Origin: an uncultured virus (IMG/VR IMGVR_UViG_3300042874_000014)
Lineage: Duplodnaviria > Heunggongvirae > Uroviricota > Caudoviricetes > Crassvirales
Reading direction: 5' to 3' (one strand)
Virus record (IMG/VR): IMGVR_UViG_3300042874_000014
Length of the DNA stretch: 23,253 bases
Made by a program: the position numbers and the translations under genes. The notes below the pieces were generated by a model that was not told the origin of the DNA, did not search any database, and worked only from the letters and a program-made list of their open reading frames with translations. Of the stretch, positions 16,847-23,253 are shown in pieces. Within the stretch, counting starts at the first letter, position 1. Each line of letters opens with the position of its first letter.

Positions 16847-19195
16847 TTATTTGCTAGATTTAGCAATAGGTTTTCTATTAGCTACATATTTAGCGGTATC
16901 GGCTTGTATCTTAGCTACACTTATAGCTGTGTCTGCTTGTAGTTTAGCAATATTGTCTTTAATAGTATTGGCTTTATCAGCTATACTCTCAGTACTATCA
17001 CCGTCTGATGTTATTTCAGCTAATTGTAATTCTATATCTTTTAATTGTAAAGCTAATGTATTCTTCATAGACTGTAAATCATAATCTTTCTGTAATGTAG
17101 CACTAAATCTAGCATCTTCACGTTGAATCATTTCAGTTCTTATCGCATCGTTACGTTTAGCTGTTTCTTGTTCAGCTTTAGCTTGAGCATCAGCTCTACT
17201 ACGTTCTAACTTAGTCCAATCACTTACTATCTTTCTAAACTTAGTGCTATTATTAGCTTCAATAGCTTTAGCTGCTAATTCGATATTACCAGCATTTGCA
17301 GTACTCATTACTAATTGTTCATACATATTCTCTTTACGAGCTTCTGAATAACTATTAGCTATAAATATACCATAATTACTTTCGATATGGTCTTTACCAT
17401 TAACTGAAAAGTAAGCTAATTTATTATCGCTATTATTATATGCACCTTTTGCTTTAGTACCATCTTCCTCAGCCCACGCATACTTAGAGTGGTCTAGTAA
17501 TGACATATACTCTTTCTCCATAGCTTTAGTAAATACTTCGTTAATAGGTAATGAACCAATACTAGCTCTGAATACGGCATCTTCGTTAACACCTTTACCA
17601 TCACTAGCGTAAGTCTGACCAAATCTTTGTCGATTCATACTTACCTCGTCCCATGCTTCTTCTTTGATTTCAATAAGTATCTGACTAAGTGCCGATATAT
17701 ATTGAGTATCATTAGCATTAACAGTCTTCAAACCATTTATGGCATTAGCGAAATTATCAGCAGTTTCGTCTACATACACAACACCATCGGACTTAATATA
17801 ATATACCGCTTCTTCTTGACTTATTTCATCATCGTCTGACAATAGCCCTTTAGGTAGTACTAACAATTGTCCTTTGTTACGTGCTATCGTAAGCTCTCTG
17901 TAATAATGAATAACATTGAATAAAATCTGATATGGTATTAATGCTCTTATTATAGAATGACTAAATACATTAGTAAATAAAAAGTTCTTACCCCCGTAAG
18001 GTAATTTAACCATAGATGAATTATTCAAATCATCACGTTGTACTAATAATTCGCTAACAGGTAAATAAACACCTATCGCTTTTGGTCCAAGTCTATATGA
18101 TTCATATACTCTATTACGCCATACTGATTCTACTTTAATATCGCCATTAGCTTTATCCAATTTATAATCGGCACTAACTTCTTTAGATATTACTGAACCT
18201 AATGTGTCCTTATAGTAAACAATCTTTATTTCCTTTTGTCCTTTAAACACACAATGAGCAATTTCCGTGAAACGTTCACTATCAGCGAATGTGTTATTTA
18301 AAAGTCTATCGACTATTGTCATTGTTCGACTAGGATTGTCTATATCTCTAACTAACACAGGTCCACCGTTTGGTGTAGAAAGTAATAAATCCTCTAGTTT
18401 AGAATACTGCTCTTTAGATAGTTTATCACCAAATCTAATCATTATCCCGGGTATGCTATCTTTATATATTCTAACAAATGCATCATTATCTTCAATAAAG
18501 TCAGAAGTACCGATAGGATAACCCTCTAACGGGCTTACAATCTCTTCAACTATATCATCGTTACTAATGCCAGTATAAGTATAAAATTGACCAAGTGCTA
18601 CCCAATCAAGATACGCTTCCCAAAACTTATATTCTAAATCTAGTGTTTGCTCTAAGTAAGTAATAGCTTCTTGACCGAATAGAGCACGCTGGTCATTCCA
18701 GTTCTCTGTAAAGTCTTTAACAACACTAGCTATATCTACCTCTTCACCCTCTGGAGCAGGAGTACCAAAACTCTTACCCATTAATGATTGAAACTTCTTT
18801 TTTAATAACACAGTAGTTAAAGCTGTTAATTCTTCTTTAAACTTGTTTATACTATCTGGGTTATTAACACCTACTTTAATAGGTTTTCTACTCTTTACAA
18901 TCTCACCTAAGAATCGTTGCCAAATAGGTGTTATTATATTATAGTTACGAAGCTTTGCTGGAAATTGCGTAAGCTTAGGATTTTCAGAACCGTAAGGCTC
19001 AATCACATAACTATAACTCTTACTATCTACTTCGCCATTCATGGCTAGTATTAATTTTTCAATCTCGTCTTTATCATTCTGCGATGAACCGGTAGCACGT
19101 GAGATAAGTATATCAGTTACTGATTCAGTAAATGCTATACTATGTTTCACTTCTTCGCTAACACGCTGTTCCGGAAAATAATTAATTTTATCCAT
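16847..19195 (-). CDS. Portal protein
   Basis: 782 aa after TerL. FPEQRVS, FPAKLRNYNII.P...FLGE, KLPYGG, PYQIL.N..HY.RE..IA.NKG, MNRQRFG and a coiled-coil C-terminus match crAss-like portals. Confidence 0.92.
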   Translation of the reverse strand: MDKINYFPEQRVSEEVKHSIAFTESVTDILISRATGSSQNDKDEIEKLILAMNGEVDSKSYSYVIEPYGSENPKLTQFPAKLRNYNIITPIWQRFLGEIVKSRKPIKVGVNNPDSINKFKEELTALTTVLLKKKFQSLMGKSFGTPAPEGEEVDIASVVKDFTENWNDQRALFGQEAITYLEQTLDLEYKFWEAYLDWVALGQFYTYTGISNDDIVEEIVSPLEGYPIGTSDFIEDNDAFVRIYKDSIPGIMIRFGDKLSKEQYSKLEDLLLSTPNGGPVLVRDIDNPSRTMTIVDRLLNNTFADSERFTEIAHCVFKGQKEIKIVYYKDTLGSVISKEVSADYKLDKANGDIKVESVWRNRVYESYRLGPKAIGVYLPVSELLVQRDDLNNSSMVKLPYGGKNFLFTNVFSHSIIRALIPYQILFNVIHYYRELTIARNKGQLLVLPKGLLSDDDEISQEEAVYYIKSDGVVYVDETADNFANAINGLKTVNANDTQYISALSQILIEIKEEAWDEVSMNRQRFGQTYASDGKGVNEDAVFRASIGSLPINEVFTKAMEKEYMSLLDHSKYAWAEEDGTKAKGAYNNSDNKLAYFSVNGKDHIESNYGIFIANSYSEARKENMYEQLVMSTANAGNIELAAKAIEANNSTKFRKIVSDWTKLERSRADAQAKAEQETAKRNDAIRTEMIQREDARFSATLQKDYDLQSMKNTLALQLKDIELQLAEITSDGDSTESIADKANTIKDNIAKLQADTAISVAKIQADTAKYVANRKPIAKSSK

Positions 19196-19238
19196 AATAC
19201 TATGTATAATTTATAAGGCTTAAATATAATTTATTTAT

Positions 19239-21587
19239 TTACGAGTACCATTCTTTTTTGAATATACTTTTTTTAGATTTTTTGCTAGTATCTTTAACAG
19301 CTTGTTTACTAAGCGATAATTCCTTATCATCAAACATAGCTAGTAGAAAATCAGATAGTCTATCAAAGTTATCATCGGGGTTCCAATCTCTAATCTCTTC
19401 AAGAAAAGGTAAGTCAAAGATATAATGAAAATTATATTTAATAACACCCTCTGAATCATTACCTCTAGTAGAATGTAACCATTCTCTAAAGTAGGTTATT
19501 GCTTCACTTTTCCTATTACCTTTACCTATTGTTATACCATATGTATCTTCTTTTACATCTGATACTTTTAAATTGAATACGCGATGTGGTTGTTTAACCA
19601 ATCTATCTAATCGTTTATGTTTTCTAAAGAAAGCCACTGTATCACCCCTGTCTGTCTCAGGTAGTATCTTAGCGTTATACATATCGGCAGTATCTAATAA
19701 TAATCTAAACACTGTATCATTTTTATCAGGTCTACCTGTATATGATGCGACTATCGTATCTCCCCCCGTAGGTGAGAAATTGTTGATTCTCTGTCTAACC
19801 TTGAATGAGTGCAATGAATCTTTCTTTGTTAAAGTCTTTGTATCTTTATCAATAGCAACAGGGTCATAAGTTATTCTATAAAGATTGTCAGGAATAAGCC
19901 CTTCATCATTTGTTTCAGGAGGATAGAATACACGTAAAGCACCATGTAAATCATCACCTTTTTTAACTAATCTGTGAGGTATAAAGTCATGTATCTTTGA
20001 ACCCTCATTAGTTAGCTCACGGTTAGATTTAAAGACCGCACGACCTAGTTTATTTCGAGTAATCCAACCGTCAGTATAGAATCTATAATCGGGGTCATGT
20101 TCTACTCGGCTAATATGGTCTAATAATTCAGGCGTTACGAAGTCGTTATCCTTATTAACACCAAAGCTCTCTTGCGGGCTGTTAGAATATTGACCTACAT
20201 AAACGATATAGTCAGATGTACTCTTCTTAGATTTAGCGTCTAAGCGTTCAGCGTTTGATATTTCGAGGGCAGCCGTATAGTTAGAATTGCCGAATTTATC
20301 AATAGCTGCTGTACCATTTGAAGTAACACCCTCTAAATTTTGTATGTACATCTTATAATAACCACATACTCTATTTCGACTATTTTTATCCCATACGTTC
20401 TCAAACTCCATAGCGTCGTACATAGAGGGTTGATAGAACCATATTTTAAAGTTAAACCAATCACCCTCCGTACTACCACCAGTACCGAAACCTATTATAG
20501 TACCTACCTTATACGAACCTGCTCTAGTTGTTGGCTCAGTTACATTAAGGAATGCAAATAGATTAGGAGTATTAGATAACTCTTCAATCTTAATCTTAAT
20601 TGCATCTTTACCGATAGCAGCATCAACATCAGTACCGAAAGATAAAGATAATAGTTTAGATTGATAACCAGACGGTGTACCATCTTTTAATCTAAAGCCT
20701 AATTGTAAATCATCTAGTTCTTTCTTATATAATCCAGCAGGGTCGCCGTTAGGTTTCCTACCACAGCGATTAAAAGGTGTAAACTCTTCATAGAAGTTTA
20801 ATTGGTCAAAAGCCATACGAGCTATCGAACGACCTTTAGTTAAATACTTTAAATCATACGCTGCGAATATGTTAGTAGTGGAAGCATATAAATTAGCATC
20901 GTTAGCACTATCTATGGCTTCTTGATAAGACCAACCGGCACGTCTGGCTTTACCCATTACTAGATTAAGTCCGTTAATTCTAGCAAATCTTTTTATTTTA
21001 CCCCACCAGTACTGACTGATAAAGAATCTAGGAAAACCGTCTTTCTTAGTCTTAGATGAATCAGATACATCACTAGCTGAATTATCATCTTCTGTCCTAG
21101 ACATTCTACCATAGTTTAGAAGATTGTATTGCTCACCCGATATATGCAATGCTTTAACATACTTAGCTCTATCTTCGGGTCTAGTTGCGTTGTAAACTAA
21201 TACATCAGATTTCAAAACTTTACAGTATTCAGTAACTCCGTACTTTCGCTTCTCTACTTCTTCATCATGGAATCTTACATAGTCTACACTATCTATTTCA
21301 GCATCTGTGTATTTACCAGTTATCTCAAAGTGATTGGCTACTGTCGTAAATAAGTGTGTATTAATTACTACAAAATCCTCATTCATTAAGAAGCCACCAC
21401 TCGCACCAACTAAGAAATCCCCATCATCGTCGTAAAAGGCTTTACCTGTTTTCGGGTTTATAGTAGCATTAGCTTTAGGATATTTAGATTTATCTTCGTT
21501 ATACCACGATATGTAAGGGTGGTTTAAAGTTTCAGTTTCATTAGGAAACGCAACATCTAAGTCTATGTCGGGGAATGTTAGATACAT
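19239..21587 (-). CDS. terL: Terminase large subunit
   Basis: 782 aa. Walker A variant GKARRAGWS, Walker B IKIEE, motif III-like GFGTGG, and RNase H-like nuclease acidic motifs ITYDP..D and NFDRLSD. Confidence 0.93.
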   Translation of the reverse strand: MYLTFPDIDLDVAFPNETETLNHPYISWYNEDKSKYPKANATINPKTGKAFYDDDGDFLVGASGGFLMNEDFVVINTHLFTTVANHFEITGKYTDAEIDSVDYVRFHDEEVEKRKYGVTEYCKVLKSDVLVYNATRPEDRAKYVKALHISGEQYNLLNYGRMSRTEDDNSASDVSDSSKTKKDGFPRFFISQYWWGKIKRFARINGLNLVMGKARRAGWSYQEAIDSANDANLYASTTNIFAAYDLKYLTKGRSIARMAFDQLNFYEEFTPFNRCGRKPNGDPAGLYKKELDDLQLGFRLKDGTPSGYQSKLLSLSFGTDVDAAIGKDAIKIKIEELSNTPNLFAFLNVTEPTTRAGSYKVGTIIGFGTGGSTEGDWFNFKIWFYQPSMYDAMEFENVWDKNSRNRVCGYYKMYIQNLEGVTSNGTAAIDKFGNSNYTAALEISNAERLDAKSKKSTSDYIVYVGQYSNSPQESFGVNKDNDFVTPELLDHISRVEHDPDYRFYTDGWITRNKLGRAVFKSNRELTNEGSKIHDFIPHRLVKKGDDLHGALRVFYPPETNDEGLIPDNLYRITYDPVAIDKDTKTLTKKDSLHSFKVRQRINNFSPTGGDTIVASYTGRPDKNDTVFRLLLDTADMYNAKILPETDRGDTVAFFRKHKRLDRLVKQPHRVFNLKVSDVKEDTYGITIGKGNRKSEAITYFREWLHSTRGNDSEGVIKYNFHYIFDLPFLEEIRDWNPDDNFDRLSDFLLAMFDDKELSLSKQAVKDTSKKSKKSIFKKEWYS
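19760..19780 (-). repeat. 21-bp exact dispersed repeat, copy 2
   Basis: Identical to 3180-3200, same orientation, inside terL. Confidence 0.9.
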
Positions 21588-21590
21588 AAT

Positions 21591-22223
21591 TTAATCTTTT
21601 ATATGATACGCATTGATGTTAGTAGTTACACAATTACTATCTTTACTTATTACCTCTAGCTGTTCTCTACGCTTACGCCATTGCCATAAGTTCTTAAATC
21701 GCCATGTACCCTCTTTACTATTATGTAATATTATAGTTAAGTCAGGACTATAAGTATATGTATAATGAGCAATAGTTGTATCTCTCAAATCAACATATCG
21801 TTCAAATACTAGATAATCGCTTGTGAATAATTCATACTCTTTCGTATGTATAGTATCAGTATTTATTATAATTACAGTATCTCGCTTTATAGGTAACGTT
21901 AAAACATAATTAATTCTTTGTTGTAACCCTAATAGTAATTTAATATTCTTCCTATTAGCGTTAGTTTGCTCTAACATAGAATTTAGAATATTATCATTAC
22001 TATCGCTTAATCTATTATTTTCTAATTGTATAATCCCTCGTGTATATACTTCCTTATCTAACTTATTCCTATAATTAAGTACTTCGCTATTATTAACTCT
22101 ATCGTTATTTATTAAAATATCTTTATCAGCTCGTAGGTCTAATATCACATTAGCCATATATAAAATAGCCACTGTTAGTACAGTGGCGTATAATATTACG
22201 ATTAGTTTTATATAGTTAAGCAT
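21591..22223 (-). CDS. Membrane-anchored coiled-coil protein, putative spanin-like lysis protein
   Basis: 210 aa. N-terminal TM (LIVILYATVLTVAILYMA), coiled coil, and a beta-rich C-terminus with a Trp/basic patch. 8-nt overlap with the putative endolysin gene. Confidence 0.5.
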   Translation of the reverse strand: MLNYIKLIVILYATVLTVAILYMANVILDLRADKDILINNDRVNNSEVLNYRNKLDKEVYTRGIIQLENNRLSDSNDNILNSMLEQTNANRKNIKLLLGLQQRINYVLTLPIKRDTVIIINTDTIHTKEYELFTSDYLVFERYVDLRDTTIAHYTYTYSPDLTIILHNSKEGTWRFKNLWQWRKRREQLEVISKDSNCVTTNINAYHIKD

Positions 22224-22863
22224 TACCGTATAATAATTCGTTTTCTGAAATCATCGTTAAACATATACGGTCAATAGGTGAGTTAGATAATAATTCACGC
22301 TGCTTAGTATATTCTGCGAAATTAGGATTAACAATACAACCGGCACTCCATTTACCAATTAGTTTACTGATTACATTCTTACCAGCATGATGATAGTTTA
22401 ATCCGAATATACCGGTAGATTTAACATTACTACATTCTTTCTTAAACTCTAAAGCCGATTGCCAAGCTCTGAAATCTAATTGATTATTCTTATTGCCATC
22501 TCTTAATACGCTAATAGCAGTAGCTTGTACCAATGCAGCATCTCCTTTATGTAGTCCTTCTCTAAAGTAATTAATATATTGACCTAGCGGTATAATAGCA
22601 GTACCTTTAGAGTTCATTAAGTTCATTAGATAATGCGAACCTGCATTACTTGTAACAGCATTAGGCTTACTAAGTTCTAATTTAACGCCACCCTCAGTAG
22701 CTATCTTATATAAAACAACAGCCCAGTCATTATATACCGTAGTATCGGTATCGTTAGTTCTTATTACAATTAATTGAGCCTCGTTTATAAGAGATGGTAA
22801 TTTATATTGCAAGTTAGCGTATAATGCAAGTATGCGGTCGAGTGTTATATCTTCTTTTGTCAT
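22216..22863 (-). CDS. Putative endolysin of the L,D-transpeptidase (YkuD-like) Cys/His family
   Basis: 215 aa. GLNYHHAG...IGKWSAGCIV matches the H-x(14-17)-S-x-G-C catalytic layout of YkuD folds. Adjacent to a spanin-like gene. Confidence 0.6.
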   Translation of the reverse strand: MTKEDITLDRILALYANLQYKLPSLINEAQLIVIRTNDTDTTVYNDWAVVLYKIATEGGVKLELSKPNAVTSNAGSHYLMNLMNSKGTAIIPLGQYINYFREGLHKGDAALVQATAISVLRDGNKNNQLDFRAWQSALEFKKECSNVKSTGIFGLNYHHAGKNVISKLIGKWSAGCIVNPNFAEYTKQRELLSNSPIDRICLTMISENELLYGNA

Positions 22864-23252
22864 AGTAATGTTAATTGTCGATTTAATTCATTTTGTCTTT
22901 TATCCCAATGATGTTGTATCATCGCTTCTACTTCATATTTCCAAAAATCTATTTTATAGTATTCTACCACTTCGTCTGAAACTTCTGCAACGTGTGATAA
23001 TTCTCGTATATGGAATAATATAATTCCTACATTCTTATAACCAAATTGCTCAACCATGTGAGCATAAGTCGATAACTGTAATGTGTAAATAGAGCCATGT
23101 GAATCTTGCACACCATCTAAAGGATATTTTAATCGTTTATGTGGTTGTGCTACCCATTCGGTAGTATCGTTGCCATATACATCACGTTTAAAGTAACCAG
23201 CTTCGAATTGTAACTTATGCTTATTTGTCTTCCAATCTACAATCTTAAATTC
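22860..23252 (-). CDS. PD-(D/E)xK (RecB/Cas4-like) nuclease, C-terminal part
   Basis: The frame of the 83-aa track ORF stays open to the window edge: EFKIVDWKTNKHKLQFEAGYFKRD...YTLQLSTYA. DWKT is the D-x-K motif and QLSTY the RecB-type QxxxY motif. Confidence 0.8.
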   Translation of the reverse strand, partial: EFKIVDWKTNKHKLQFEAGYFKRDVYGNDTTEWVAQPHKRLKYPLDGVQDSHGSIYTLQLSTYAHMVEQFGYKNVGIILFHIRELSHVAEVSDEVVEYYKIDFWKYEVEAMIQHHWDKRQNELNRQLTLL

Positions 23253-23253
23253 T

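Noticed and set aside
3180..19780. 21-bp repeat as att sites, CRISPR repeat or transposon ends
   Set aside because: Both copies are in-frame inside intact genes, there is no array, integrase or transposase, and excision between them would delete essential capsid genes.
6408..23023. Other short plus-strand ORFs (61-98 aa)
   Set aside because: All lie wholly or mostly antisense to well-supported minus-strand genes and have no recognisable motifs.
22860..23111. 83-aa stand-alone ORF with a GTG start
   Set aside because: The frame is open to the window edge and the DWKT catalytic motif lies upstream of this start, so it is the tail of a longer nuclease gene.
1..23253. Stop-codon reassignment (TAG or TGA), known in some crAss-like clades
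   Set aside because: The standard code gives full-length, tightly packed genes. Four of the five TGA stops are in ATGA start/stop overlaps, and the single TAG stop (4063) is followed by a terminator.

Overview
AT-rich window (roughly 30% GC by eye), almost entirely coding on the minus strand in the standard genetic code. Gene order and protein motifs match the virion/packaging module of a crAss-like phage (Crassvirales; host probably Bacteroidota). In transcription order (right to left): PD-(D/E)xK nuclease (cut by the window edge), YkuD/L,D-transpeptidase-like putative endolysin, membrane-anchored spanin-like protein, large terminase, portal, scaffold-like protein (crAss gene 77), major capsid protein, gene 75-like protein, ring protein (gene 74-like), auxiliary capsid protein, intrinsic terminator, two Cys-rich putative tail-hub proteins, a fibre cassette, two membrane proteins (holin candidates), a second terminator, another fibre, a ring protein, an IHF-like protein, the tail tubular ring protein and the start of the muzzle/tail stabilisation gene. 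Functional calls come from motif recognition and synteny, not database searches. The signal least explained by the genes is a polar G-rich DNA motif, TACGGGGG. It occurs three times inside unrelated genes, in two reading frames, and twice as part of an exact 21-bp repeat. No intron, intein, DGR, CRISPR, tRNA or stop-codon recoding was seen.
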